Positions 27,375-37,023 of a stretch of DNA of 37,288 bases are shown here, piece after piece; within the stretch, counting starts at the first letter, position 1, and every line of letters begins with the position of its first letter. The position numbers and the translations under genes are program-made. The notes under the pieces were generated by a model that did not search any database, was not told the DNA's origin, and saw only the letters and a list, made by a program, of their open reading frames with translations. The stretch lies in the sequence record DRR723986_6309, one strand, 5' to 3'.

Positions 27375-28387
27375 TCGCGGCCAAACAGCCCCCGCAATGC
27401 GCGCGCCAACAGCGCCGATACGCCGGGGCGTTTTTGTGCGGCAAAAGGCAGGGGGCGGCACAGCTCGATCGCGGCAATGCCCACGCGCGCCGTCAGCGCT
27501 GCGTTCACCACCCCCTCGCCAAAGCGGCGCGATACTTTCGACAAAACAGTGCCCCCCGCCACCGAGCCGATCAAATCATCGCCCACAGCCACAGCGCCCG
27601 TGGCCACCAAATGTGCCATCACCGCCCGTATCAGCCGCCAGCTGCCAAGCAAACCAGCCCTGCCGCCGTAAATTTCGGCAATGCGGCGGATCATTGACAT
27701 ATTGATCACCAAGGCAGCGATCACATCGGCCAGGGCCAATGGCACAAGGGCCGTCACCGTGGCCACCTGCCGCGCTGCGGCCTCGATCTGGCCCTGCGCG
27801 GCCCGATCCAGCGGCGCCAGCAGCTGGGTTTCGGCCAGCCCCAACACCGCGGCGGCATCAAATTGCTCGTCTGCGCGGGTGTTCAGCCGCTCGATATGCC
27901 AGCGCATATCTGCGCGCCCATGATACACTGCCACCATCTGCCCCAGCACCGCGCGGGCCTGCGGCAGGCTGTCATCCGCCAGGGCCTGCGTGGCGGTGCG
28001 GCGCATCCGGTCTAACCGCGCCAGGCGGGCCATGGCGGCCGCCTCGCGCAGCACGATCATTAGGGCCAACAGCACCAGCGCCCCCATGGCCAATGCCACA
28101 CCCATGCCCAGCACAGGCATGCGCGCCAGCAAGCCGGTGGCAAAATCCCATGCCGCAACAGATATAGCCGTGCCCAACAGCAGCAACAGGCCCGCAAAAA
28201 ACCATCGCAGCAAGCGCGCAGGCCGGCGCACGGCCAGGGCCGCCACGTGCTGCATGGCCTGGCCTTGGCTGCCTGCGTCATCGGAAAGGCCCGGATCGCC
28301 CGGCATATCGGGCACGGGCGCCGCATCTGCGGGGCTGGGTGCGGCGCTGGTGTCTTCAAGTTCGATCAGAACTGGCCCTTTGCTCAT
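27371..28387 (-). CDS. ycjF: YcjF family (TIGR01620/DUF697) membrane protein
   Basis: TALVPLALAD, IAEIYGGR, SRRFGEGVVNAALTARVGIAAIELCRPLPF. Confidence 0.92.
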   Translation of the reverse strand: MSKGPVLIELEDTSAAPSPADAAPVPDMPGDPGLSDDAGSQGQAMQHVAALAVRRPARLLRWFFAGLLLLLGTAISVAAWDFATGLLARMPVLGMGVALAMGALVLLALMIVLREAAAMARLARLDRMRRTATQALADDSLPQARAVLGQMVAVYHGRADMRWHIERLNTRADEQFDAAAVLGLAETQLLAPLDRAAQGQIEAAARQVATVTALVPLALADVIAALVINMSMIRRIAEIYGGRAGLLGSWRLIRAVMAHLVATGAVAVGDDLIGSVAGGTVLSKVSRRFGEGVVNAALTARVGIAAIELCRPLPFAAQKRPGVSALLARALRGLFGRD

Positions 28388-28388
28388 C

Positions 28389-28832
28389 TCACGCCCCCTT
28401 GCCCCAAATCAGGTGAATGTCGGGCAGGCCCTCGTCATTGCCTTGCCCATTGCCCTGCCCCACCTCGGCAAAGCCTGCCGCCGCATAAAAGGCACGCGCC
28501 GGGGCATTGGCCGCCTGCGTCCACAGCTCTAGCGCGGCGCCTTGGCCTTGCGCATCGGCCAGCAGGCGCCGCCCATGGCCCTGCCCGCGCGCGCCCGGGC
28601 GCACATAAAGCGCCAAAACCCGGCCACCACGGCGCGCGATAAAGCCCAGCACGCCGCGGCTGTCGCGCAGCAACTGCACCTGCCCCGCGCGCACCAGCCC
28701 CAGCATCAGCCATGTATCTACATACCATGGCCGCACCACGGGCAGCCAGGCCGTATGGCGGGTAAAGCCCCACATCACCCCCAAAAGCCCCGGCAGATCG
28801 CGCAGCCGCGCGCGCTGTGGCACCGCCGTCAT
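28389..28832 (-). CDS. GNAT family N-acetyltransferase
   Basis: LYVRPGARGQGHGRRLL acetyl-CoA motif A, NAPARAFYAAAGF, NDEGLPD. Confidence 0.88.
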   Translation of the reverse strand: MTAVPQRARLRDLPGLLGVMWGFTRHTAWLPVVRPWYVDTWLMLGLVRAGQVQLLRDSRGVLGFIARRGGRVLALYVRPGARGQGHGRRLLADAQGQGAALELWTQAANAPARAFYAAAGFAEVGQGNGQGNDEGLPDIHLIWGKGA

Positions 28833-30244
28833 AGCTTATCGCCGATCAAGAATTGCGCGGCGCGATCCAGGCGGATATGCGGCGGCCCCTCGCCCGGCTG
28901 CAGCGCCAAGACGGGCGGGGCAAAGGCCATGACCTGATAATCATGGTCCAGCCATTTCGCAGCGCCCTGCTGCGCCGGGGCCAGCAACTGGCCCGGATCA
29001 TCGGGCAAGGCACCGGGGTAAAGAGCCGCCATTTTGCCCGTGCTTTGCAACCGCCCCCGCACGCAAGGCAGGGTTTGGCCATTGTGCTGCAAACTGTCTT
29101 CGGTTGTGGCCCGCCAGGCCGCCAGCGCCAGTGCCGTGGTTTCAGCGCCGGCAAAATCAGCGCGCAGGCGCGCCTCTTTGGTGAGCGCATGCATAATTGC
29201 GCTCAGCTGCGGGTGCTGCGTGTGATGCAAATGATCGGCCTTGGTGGCGGCAAACAAGATCTTTTCCACCCGTTTGCCCCCCAACAAAGGCGTCAACACC
29301 CCGTTGCGCCCAGGCCGAAACGCCGACAATGTTTGCCCCATGGCCTGGCGCAGATCTTCCAGCGCGGCGGGGCCAGAATTGATGGCGCCCAAGGCATCCA
29401 CCAACACCACCTGACGGTCGATTTTTGCGAAATGCTGGCGGAAAAACGGGCGCACCACCTGCGCCTTGTAGGCCTCGAACCGGCGCTCCATTTCTACCCA
29501 CAGGCTTTTTCGCGGGGCTTTGGCCACGGACGGCAAGGGCGCAAACGTCAGCACAGGGCTGCCCTGTAATTCGCCCGGCAACAAAAAGCGCCCCGGCGTG
29601 CAATCGTAAAACCCCGCATCGCGGGCCTGTTGCAGATAGCCTGCAAAGGCCGCCGCCAGGGTTTGCGCCACTGCCTCGTCATGGGGGCTTTCGGGGGTGA
29701 TGGTGGCAAGCTGGCGTAAATACGCCCCCGCTTGCGGGCGGTTTTGCACGCGCGCCAGCACTTGCGCCGACCATTGGCCGAAATCTTGGGCCAGCAACCC
29801 CAGATCCAGCACCCATTCGCCGGGGTAATCGATGATATCCACATGCACGGTGCGCAGCCCGGCCATGCCCGCCAGCCAGCCCGTGGGGCGCAGGCGCAGC
29901 GACAGGCGCAGCTCGGATATGGCGCGGGTGCTGTCTGGCCAGCGTGGGCTGGGGCCTGCCAAAGCGGCTAAATGATTTTCAAACTCAAACCGCGGCACCG
30001 TGTCATCGGGCTGGGGCTGCAAAAACGCCGCAACCACACGCCCCTCGGCAATAGCCGATCGCTGGCCCATGCGCGCCCGATCCAGCAGATTGGCCACAAG
30101 CGAGGTGATAAACACAGTCTTGCCCGCACGCGCCAAGCCAGTGACACCCAGCCTGATCACCGGCTCAAACAGCGCCTCGGAAACGCGCGCGCCCATGTCA
30201 TCTACTTGGCGTGTCACCATATCGGCTAGATCAGCGATACCCAC
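28829..30244 (-). CDS. ycjX: YcjX family P-loop NTPase
   Basis: RLGVTGLARAGKTVFITSL, DYPGEW, FAATKADH, PPHIRLD...FLIGDKL; GTG start at 30244. Confidence 0.94.
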   Translation of the reverse strand: MGIADLADMVTRQVDDMGARVSEALFEPVIRLGVTGLARAGKTVFITSLVANLLDRARMGQRSAIAEGRVVAAFLQPQPDDTVPRFEFENHLAALAGPSPRWPDSTRAISELRLSLRLRPTGWLAGMAGLRTVHVDIIDYPGEWVLDLGLLAQDFGQWSAQVLARVQNRPQAGAYLRQLATITPESPHDEAVAQTLAAAFAGYLQQARDAGFYDCTPGRFLLPGELQGSPVLTFAPLPSVAKAPRKSLWVEMERRFEAYKAQVVRPFFRQHFAKIDRQVVLVDALGAINSGPAALEDLRQAMGQTLSAFRPGRNGVLTPLLGGKRVEKILFAATKADHLHHTQHPQLSAIMHALTKEARLRADFAGAETTALALAAWRATTEDSLQHNGQTLPCVRGRLQSTGKMAALYPGALPDDPGQLLAPAQQGAAKWLDHDYQVMAFAPPVLALQPGEGPPHIRLDRAAQFLIGDKL

Positions 30245-30454
30245 ATGCAGGCCCTTTTTGCTTTGCACAGCCAACATAGGCATTCCACCCCAACGCCACC
30301 AGTGCAAAGGCATCAAACAGCCCCAGCTTGCCTGCCAGTTTTGTGGCTATTGATCCCATATTTTTTATCTGCCCACAGCCCCGCGGCATGGATGGTGAAT
30401 TGCCCCGGCAGGCGGGGCCGTGCTAGTTTGCACGCAAAAGCAGGGCAGAACCGC

Positions 30455-31486
30455 ATGACAGCGCTGGCACAATATCAAAGACTAGAGGCACCGGGCCTTT
30501 GGCGGGAAAATGCGCAGGCCCAACGCCGCGAGGTTATCGTGGCTGTGGGCGATGCCACGCTGACCATAAGCGATATGAACGACCGCCCGCTGGCGCATTG
30601 GTCGCTGGCGGCGCTGGCGCGCGCCAACCCGGGCAAACGCCCCGCGATTTATCACCCCGATGGCGACCCAAGCGAGCAGCTAGAGCTGGCCGTTGATGCC
30701 ACAGAAATGGTGGAGGCCATCGAAAAGCTGCGCAGCGCCATTGCCCGGCGCCGCCCCCACCCCGGCCGGTTGCGGCTGGTCTTTCTGGCGCTCAGCCTTG
30801 GCACGGTGCTGGCGGGGGGCGTGTTTTGGCTGCCAGGTGCGCTGCGCCAGCATGCGGTGTCGGTTGTGCCCGAGGCCAAGCGCGCCGAATTGGGCGCAGC
30901 CCTGCGCCGGCAATTAACCCGCGCCACCGGCCCGGCCTGCGCCGATCCGGCTGGCAGCGCGGCACTGGCCCGCCTGGCCGCCCGCCTGCCCAATGCCGCA
31001 GGCCAAGTTCCCAGCCTTTTCGTGGTGCGCGACGGGGTGCAAAACGCCCTGCCCCTGCCCGGCGGCACGGTGTTGCTGGCCGCCTCTGTGGTAGAAGATC
31101 ACGACAGCCCCGATGTGGTGGCAGGCCATGTGCTGGCCGCCGAGCTGCAGGCCCAGCGCACCGACCCGCTGGATCGGCTGTTGGCCTTTAGTGGCATCAG
31201 CGCCTCGTTTCGGCTGTTGACCACCGGCAGCTTGCCCGAAACCACGCTGCAAACCTATGCCGAGCATCTGGCCACCACCCCACTGCCCCAACCACCGATG
31301 GAGGCCTTGATCAGCGCCTTTGCCCGGGCTGGGCTGCCCAGCACACCCTATGCCCGCGCGCTGGATCAAACCGGCGAAAACACCCTGCCCTTGATCGAGG
31401 CCGATCCATTCACCACCACACCACCGGCAAACATGGCGCTCAGCGATGCGGACTGGCTGCGCCTGCAGGCGATTTGCGGCAACTAG
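30455..31486 (+). CDS. Hypothetical membrane-anchored protein with a degenerate M48-peptidase-like domain
   Basis: MTALAQYQRLEAPGLW N-domain, one TM, NALPLPGGTVLL, C-terminal LSDADWLRLQAICG; no HExxH. Confidence 0.75.
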   Translation: MTALAQYQRLEAPGLWRENAQAQRREVIVAVGDATLTISDMNDRPLAHWSLAALARANPGKRPAIYHPDGDPSEQLELAVDATEMVEAIEKLRSAIARRRPHPGRLRLVFLALSLGTVLAGGVFWLPGALRQHAVSVVPEAKRAELGAALRRQLTRATGPACADPAGSAALARLAARLPNAAGQVPSLFVVRDGVQNALPLPGGTVLLAASVVEDHDSPDVVAGHVLAAELQAQRTDPLDRLLAFSGISASFRLLTTGSLPETTLQTYAEHLATTPLPQPPMEALISAFARAGLPSTPYARALDQTGENTLPLIEADPFTTTPPANMALSDADWLRLQAICGN

Positions 31487-31501
31487 GCCGCCTGGCCGCG
31501 A

Positions 31502-32749
31502 TCAGCGCAGGGTTGCCGCATCAAACCCCATGCTGCGCATTCTGTTCAGGGTGCGGCCCAATTCGGTGGGGTTGTCATAGGGCCCGGCCAGCAAAACACG
31601 GCGGCTGCCCGTTGCGCTGTAATGGGTGCCCATATGCAACCCTGCCACTTTGCCGGCCACACGGCGGGCATCGGTGCGGGCCTGGGCCTCGGTTGTGTAG
31701 CTGCCCAGTTGCACGAAACGCGGCGCTTGGGCCGCGGTTAAAATGATCGCGCGGTCTTTGCCCGGCAGTTGATCTAGCTGCGCCTCGGCGCGGCTAGACA
31801 GGCTGGGGCGCGCCGGGCGGGCGGGCACGCGGCTGTCCCATACCTGCGCCATAGCGGCCATACCGGCCGGGGTTTGCTGGGCGCGGTAGGGGTTTAGGCG
31901 GTCATCCTCCCATTCCCAGCGATACCCTTTGGGCAGCGCCATCACATCTGCTGCTTGCGCCTGCGATTTGGCAACATGGGCGGGCACAATGCGGGTATTT
32001 GGGCCAATGGCCGCATCCTTGCCGCCCGCCACAGCCACCATGCCCGCAGCACGGGGCACAGCCCCCACCGGGTTTTGCGCCTGCGGCCCACAGCGCACCC
32101 CGCTGCCTTGCATATATTGCGCAGAAATCGCCGAGGCCCATTGGCACCCGCCAGATTGCGCCACCACCGCCGCGGCAGGCGCCATCGGCGCCGGGGCCGC
32201 TGGCACAACCACCCGGCGCTGTGGGGCTGCGGGCTGCACAAAAGGCGCCACCGCGCGCGGCGATTTGATCGCCGACGCCCCCATTATGGTGCCCATCGTC
32301 GTCCCCGCGCGCTGCGCCATTGGGGCTGTGGTGGTGCGCATAACGGGCGCCAAAGCAGGGCGCACAGGCGCGGGCTGTTGCGGCCTTGTTTCCATGCGGG
32401 CCTGCGCCACGCGCGCAGGCTGGATCACAACAGCGCCAGCCGCCGGTGCGCTGGCCACTGCCACGGGTGCCGGGGCGGCCGCAGCAAGGCTGGGCTGGGC
32501 ATTACAGATATGTTGGCGCTGGCGGTTGATGCGGGGCACCCAGTTTACCATGCCACTTGCGCCTGCACGCACATAAACGCAGCCGCGGCTATCTACATAT
32601 TGGCTGCCGCGAAAGCTGGCGGGGGGAAATTCTGCGGGCACTTCTGTGGCCAAAAACGCCTGTGCCTGCACAGCTGATGGCCCCAGCACCCCCCATGCAC
32701 CAAGGCCAACACCCAAAACCAAACCGCCCAGAGACCGTGCCAAACCCAT
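31502..32749 (-). CDS. Exported SPOR domain-containing protein
   Basis: Signal peptide, QYVDSRGCVYVRAG, WEDDRLNPYRA, C-terminal FVQLGSY...VLLAGPY...MGFDA SPOR pattern. Confidence 0.85.
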   Translation of the reverse strand: MGLARSLGGLVLGVGLGAWGVLGPSAVQAQAFLATEVPAEFPPASFRGSQYVDSRGCVYVRAGASGMVNWVPRINRQRQHICNAQPSLAAAAPAPVAVASAPAAGAVVIQPARVAQARMETRPQQPAPVRPALAPVMRTTTAPMAQRAGTTMGTIMGASAIKSPRAVAPFVQPAAPQRRVVVPAAPAPMAPAAAVVAQSGGCQWASAISAQYMQGSGVRCGPQAQNPVGAVPRAAGMVAVAGGKDAAIGPNTRIVPAHVAKSQAQAADVMALPKGYRWEWEDDRLNPYRAQQTPAGMAAMAQVWDSRVPARPARPSLSSRAEAQLDQLPGKDRAIILTAAQAPRFVQLGSYTTEAQARTDARRVAGKVAGLHMGTHYSATGSRRVLLAGPYDNPTELGRTLNRMRSMGFDAATLR

Positions 32750-32827
32750 ACCAGACCACCCGTAAAAAAGGCAACATTCTGGCGAAACTGTGCACTAAAT
32801 GTGGCGGCGAGTAAAGCTGCATTGGCA

Positions 32828-33457
32828 TTATTTGGTGCCAAACATCCGATCACCGGCATCGCCCAGGCCCGGCACGATATAGCCGTTTTCGTTAAGATGG
32901 CTGTCTAGCGCCGCGGTGACGATGGGCACATCGGGATGCGCCTCTTTCATGCGGGCCACGCCCTCGGGGGCGGCCAAAAGGCACAAAAACCGGATGTTGC
33001 GCGCCCCGGCCTGTTTCAGCAAATCAATCGCGGCCGCGCTGGAATTGCCCGTGGCCAGCATCGGATCAACCGCGATCACCACGCGGTCTTCCAGCGCATC
33101 GGGCAGTTTGCAGTAATATTGCACCGGCTGCAGGGTTTCTTCGTCGCGATAAAGCCCCACAAACCCAACCCGCGCCGATGGCACCAGCTCTAGCACCCCG
33201 TCGAGCAGCCCGTTTCCAGCCCGCAAGATAGACACCAAGGCCAGCTTTTTACCTTCGAGCGTGGGCGCCTCCATGGTGGTCATGGGGGTTTCGATCTGCT
33301 TGGTGGTCATCGGCAGATCGCGCGTAATTTCATAGGCCAAAAATTGGCTGATCTCGCGCAACAGCTGACGAAATACCGCGGTCGAGGTTTCTTTGTCGCG
33401 CATCAAGGTCAGCTTATGCTGCACCAGCGGGTGGCGAACGATGGTCAGATGGTCCAT
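32828..33457 (-). CDS. upp: Uracil phosphoribosyltransferase
   Basis: [47 protein letters not shown]. Confidence 0.98.
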   Translation of the reverse strand: MDHLTIVRHPLVQHKLTLMRDKETSTAVFRQLLREISQFLAYEITRDLPMTTKQIETPMTTMEAPTLEGKKLALVSILRAGNGLLDGVLELVPSARVGFVGLYRDEETLQPVQYYCKLPDALEDRVVIAVDPMLATGNSSAAAIDLLKQAGARNIRFLCLLAAPEGVARMKEAHPDVPIVTAALDSHLNENGYIVPGLGDAGDRMFGTK

Positions 33458-33494
33458 GGCGGGCTCCTGTTTTGCTTTGGCAAGTGTCCACAAA

Positions 33495-34502
33495 TCAGCC
33501 ATCGCCAGCAAGGGCATCGGCCTGCTTTAACCGTTTGGTCAAATTTGCCTTTGTATGGCCGTCACAAAAGGCTGCAGCAAGGGCCATTGCGTTGATTTCG
33601 CCAAAAAGCCCGGCATCCCAGTCGAATATCTGCTCTAGCGCCTGATATTCTTGCACCATCGTGGTGCCAAAAAATGGCGGATCATCGGTAGAGATCGAAA
33701 ATTTCACACCAGCGGCGCGCAACCTTTCCACTGGATGGGCGCGCAAATTGGGGTAAAGCCCCAGACGCAGGTTCGAGCCGGGGCAGATTTCCAGGAAAAT
33801 CTCGCGCTCGGCCAGCAGATCGACCAAGGCCGGGTCTTCGATGGCGCGCACCCCGTGGCCAATGCGGCGCACGCCCAGCTTTTCCACCGCCTCGCGCACC
33901 GAAGCGGGGCCGCCAAATTCGCCGGCATGGGTGGTCAGGCCCAGCCCCGCCTCGCGGGCGCAATCAAACGCCCAGGCAAAATCGCCTTGGCGGCCCATGG
34001 TTTCATTGCCGCCCATGCCAAAGCCCCGCACAAAGGCACCCATGGTTTCAGCCGCACAAAGCGCCGTTTCTTTCGCCGCATCCGGCCCGAAATGGCGAAT
34101 GCAGGTGACAATGGCGCGCAGATCCGGCCCGCCGCGGGCGGCGCGGTGTTGGCACACCTCAGCCATGGCCGCCACATATTCGCGCCAGGCCGCCAAATCG
34201 CGGCCACCGCAAAAATCGGGCGAGATAAAGGTTTCCACATAAACCACGCCTTGTTCGTCCAGCGTATCAAGCACGGCCTGGGTCAGGGCTGCGTAATCCT
34301 CGGGGGTTTTCAAAACCGAGGTCGCCGCCTCGTAGACCTGCAAAAAATGCGCGAAATCGTGAAAGGCATAGCCGCCGGCCTGGTTAAAAGCGCGGCTGAT
34401 ATCGATGTGGCGCCGCTTGGCCAGATCGCGCACCAATGCCGGGGGGGCGGCCCCCTCGAGATGCAGGTGCAGTTCCAGTTTGGGAAACTCTTGCCAGCTC
34501 AT
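33495..34502 (-). CDS. add: Adenosine/adenine deaminase
   Basis: [31 protein letters not shown]; real start MSWQ at 34502. Confidence 0.93.
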   Translation of the reverse strand: MSWQEFPKLELHLHLEGAAPPALVRDLAKRRHIDISRAFNQAGGYAFHDFAHFLQVYEAATSVLKTPEDYAALTQAVLDTLDEQGVVYVETFISPDFCGGRDLAAWREYVAAMAEVCQHRAARGGPDLRAIVTCIRHFGPDAAKETALCAAETMGAFVRGFGMGGNETMGRQGDFAWAFDCAREAGLGLTTHAGEFGGPASVREAVEKLGVRRIGHGVRAIEDPALVDLLAEREIFLEICPGSNLRLGLYPNLRAHPVERLRAAGVKFSISTDDPPFFGTTMVQEYQALEQIFDWDAGLFGEINAMALAAAFCDGHTKANLTKRLKQADALAGDG

Positions 34503-34504
34503 AT

Positions 34505-35713
34505 CTACCCCCTGCCCGCATCTGGCGCGGGCACCCCCAAATGCGCAGCCACCCGGGCGGCCACATCGACAAAACGCAGATGCCCCAGCGCACCCGCCCC
34601 AAGCCCCGCCACCAAGACCGGCACCCGCTCGCGGGTGTGATCGGTGCCGGGCCATGTGGGATCGTTGCCGTGATCGGCGGTTAAAAACACCGCGTCGCCC
34701 GGCCGCATAGCGTTGATAACGCGGCCCAGCCCCTGATCGAACCATTCCAGATGCCGCGCATAGCCCGCAACATCGCGCCGATGGCCGTAAAGGCTGTCAA
34801 ATTCCACAAAATTGGCAAATGTCAGGCTGCCATCGGGGGCATCGGCCATGTGGCGGCGCAGCGCAACCATCAGCTGCGCATCATCGCCTTTTTGCACTGT
34901 ATCAATTCCCTGCATCGAGAAGATATCGCCAATTTTTCCAATCGCTTGCACCCGCCCCCCGGCTTGCGACACCCAATCGCACAAGGTGGGCGCAGGCGGC
35001 GCCACGGCATAATCGCGGCGGTTTTGGGTGCGTTCAAATGCGCCGGGCGTGCCTGTGAACGGGCGCGCAATCACCCGCCCCACTGGCAGGCGGTGCAGCA
35101 CGGGCGCCACGCTGGCGCAGAGATCGAGCAAGCGCTCTAGCCCAAATGCGCCCTCGTGGGCGGCAATCTGAAACACGCTATCGGCCGAGGTATAGCAAAT
35201 CGGCCAGCCGGTTTGCAGATGCTGCGCCCCCAAACGCGCGATGATCTCGGTGCCGCTGGCATGGCAATTGCCCAAAATCCCCGCGGTGCCGGCCGCCTGC
35301 GCCACCAGATCGGAAATCTCTGGCGGAAAGGCAGGCTGGGTGTTTGGAAAATGATGCCACGCCCATGGCACGGGCACGCCGGCCAATTCCCAATGCCCCG
35401 AGGGGGTATCTTTGCCGTTTGATGTTTGGCTGGCCGCCCCCCACAGCCCCTGCGGTGCCTGCGCCCCCCCCAGCAAATCAGCCGCCATCCCCGAGGCCAG
35501 CTGCAGCGCCTGCCCCAGGCCAAGCCCCGCCATCACCGGCACAGCCAAAGGCCCATGGCGCCCGGTATCGGCCTGCCCTGCCGCGCAGGCCTGTGCGATA
35601 TGGCCCAGTGTATTGGCGCCCGTATCAGGGCGCGTGCCATTAAAAAACTGCCCCGCATCCGGGGCGCCCCCAATGCCGACGCTATCGATCACAATCAAAA
35701 AGGCGCGCGCCAT
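34505..35713 (-). CDS. deoB: Phosphopentomutase
   Basis: IVIDSVGIG, GKDTPSGHWE, YTSADSVFQIAAHE, DSLYGHRRD, TADHGNDPT, DHTRE. Confidence 0.97.
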   Translation of the reverse strand: MARAFLIVIDSVGIGGAPDAGQFFNGTRPDTGANTLGHIAQACAAGQADTGRHGPLAVPVMAGLGLGQALQLASGMAADLLGGAQAPQGLWGAASQTSNGKDTPSGHWELAGVPVPWAWHHFPNTQPAFPPEISDLVAQAAGTAGILGNCHASGTEIIARLGAQHLQTGWPICYTSADSVFQIAAHEGAFGLERLLDLCASVAPVLHRLPVGRVIARPFTGTPGAFERTQNRRDYAVAPPAPTLCDWVSQAGGRVQAIGKIGDIFSMQGIDTVQKGDDAQLMVALRRHMADAPDGSLTFANFVEFDSLYGHRRDVAGYARHLEWFDQGLGRVINAMRPGDAVFLTADHGNDPTWPGTDHTRERVPVLVAGLGAGALGHLRFVDVAARVAAHLGVPAPDAGRG

Positions 35714-37020
35714 TATGCGCCCAGCCTTTCATGCACCAATGGGGGCAGCTCGGGTGGGGCATCGCCAATGTGAAAGGCCGCGGGCAGATCGGCCAAGGCC
35801 TGTTCGGCAGCGGCCACGCGCGTGGCATGCACCCGCAGTAATGGCTGGCCCCGCTCGACCCATTGCCCCAAAGACACCACCGCGCCAAGGCCCACTGCCG
35901 GATCGACAAGATCGCTTTCCACCAAACGCCCGCCCCCCAAAGCCACCACGCAAGCCCCCAGCGCGCGGCCATCGATGGCCTGCACATAGCCCGCGGCGGG
36001 GCTGGGCAGCTCGGCAATCACCGGGGCCGCTGGCAGGTGGCGGGCCCAGGTTTCGGCAAAACCAACCGGCCCGCCCTGGGCGGCAACCATACGCGAAAAA
36101 TGCTCGGCCGCGGCGCCGCTGTCGATGGCGCGGGCCAGCGTGGCATGGGCCGCATCAGCCCCCTGCACCAGCCCTGCCTGTTCCAGCGCAATGGCGCCCA
36201 AATCGCAGCATAGGCTATATAGGCGCCCCCGATCGGTGCCGCATAAAACCCGCATGGCGGCGGCTACCTCAAGCGCGTTGCCCAGATCATTGGCCAAGGG
36301 CTGGCTCATGTCAGTGATCAGCGCGGCGGTGGGGCAGCCGGCCTCGGTGGCCGTTTGCACCAGCGCCTGGGCCAATGCCCGCGCATCGCCCATGGTTTGC
36401 ATAAAGGCGCCACTGCCAATTTTCACATCCAGCACCAGGCCTTGCAGCCCCGCTGCCAGCTTTTTCGACAAAATCGAGGCGGTGATCAGATCGATGCTGG
36501 CCACGGTCGAGGTAACATCGCGCACCGCGTAAAGGCGGCGATCAGCAGGGGCCACGCGATCGCTGGCGGCCACAATGGCGCAGCCCGCTTGGGCCACGAC
36601 GGCGCGCAGGTGGGTTTCTGACAGCGCGGTTTGAAACCCCGGTATCGCCTCGAGCTTGTCCAGCGTGCCGCCAGTATGGCCCAGCCCCCGCCCCGAGATC
36701 ATTGGCACCCAGGCCCCACAGGCCGCCAGCGCGGGCGCCAAAACCAGGCTGACGCAATCGCCCACGCCGCCGGTGGAATGTTTGTCGATCACCGGGCGCG
36801 CGCCCGACCAGCGCAACACATCGCCCGAATCGCGCATGGCCAATGTCAGCTGGCGCCGCCCCTCGGGGCCAAGCCCCCGCAGCACCACCGCCATGGCAAA
36901 GGCCCCCGCCTGCGCATCAGATACCCGCCCATCGGCCAGCCCGGCGGCAAACCAGTGCAGCGCCCCTTTGGGCAGCGGCTGGCCGTCGCGCAGCGCAGAT
37001 AAGATATCGCGCGCCTGCAT
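35713..37020 (-). CDS. deoA: Thymidine/pyrimidine-nucleoside phosphorylase
   Basis: DKHSTGGVGD, SGRGLGHTGGTLDKLEAIPG, SILSKKLAAG, LDVKIGSGAFM. Confidence 0.96.
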   Translation of the reverse strand: MQARDILSALRDGQPLPKGALHWFAAGLADGRVSDAQAGAFAMAVVLRGLGPEGRRQLTLAMRDSGDVLRWSGARPVIDKHSTGGVGDCVSLVLAPALAACGAWVPMISGRGLGHTGGTLDKLEAIPGFQTALSETHLRAVVAQAGCAIVAASDRVAPADRRLYAVRDVTSTVASIDLITASILSKKLAAGLQGLVLDVKIGSGAFMQTMGDARALAQALVQTATEAGCPTAALITDMSQPLANDLGNALEVAAAMRVLCGTDRGRLYSLCCDLGAIALEQAGLVQGADAAHATLARAIDSGAAAEHFSRMVAAQGGPVGFAETWARHLPAAPVIAELPSPAAGYVQAIDGRALGACVVALGGGRLVESDLVDPAVGLGAVVSLGQWVERGQPLLRVHATRVAAAEQALADLPAAFHIGDAPPELPPLVHERLGA

Positions 37021-37023
37021 GGC

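Noticed and set aside
30274-30301. RpoH promoter for ycjX (CCTATGT -10-like)
   Set aside because: No TTG at the proper spacing for the -35 element; too weak to call.
34503-34745. N-terminal extension of add in the ORF track (likewise the extensions of pal, ruvA, ruvC, DUF1127, YeeE, ycjX and upp)
   Set aside because: Extensions overlap upstream genes or promoter regions; family N-termini and SD sequences support the shorter starts.
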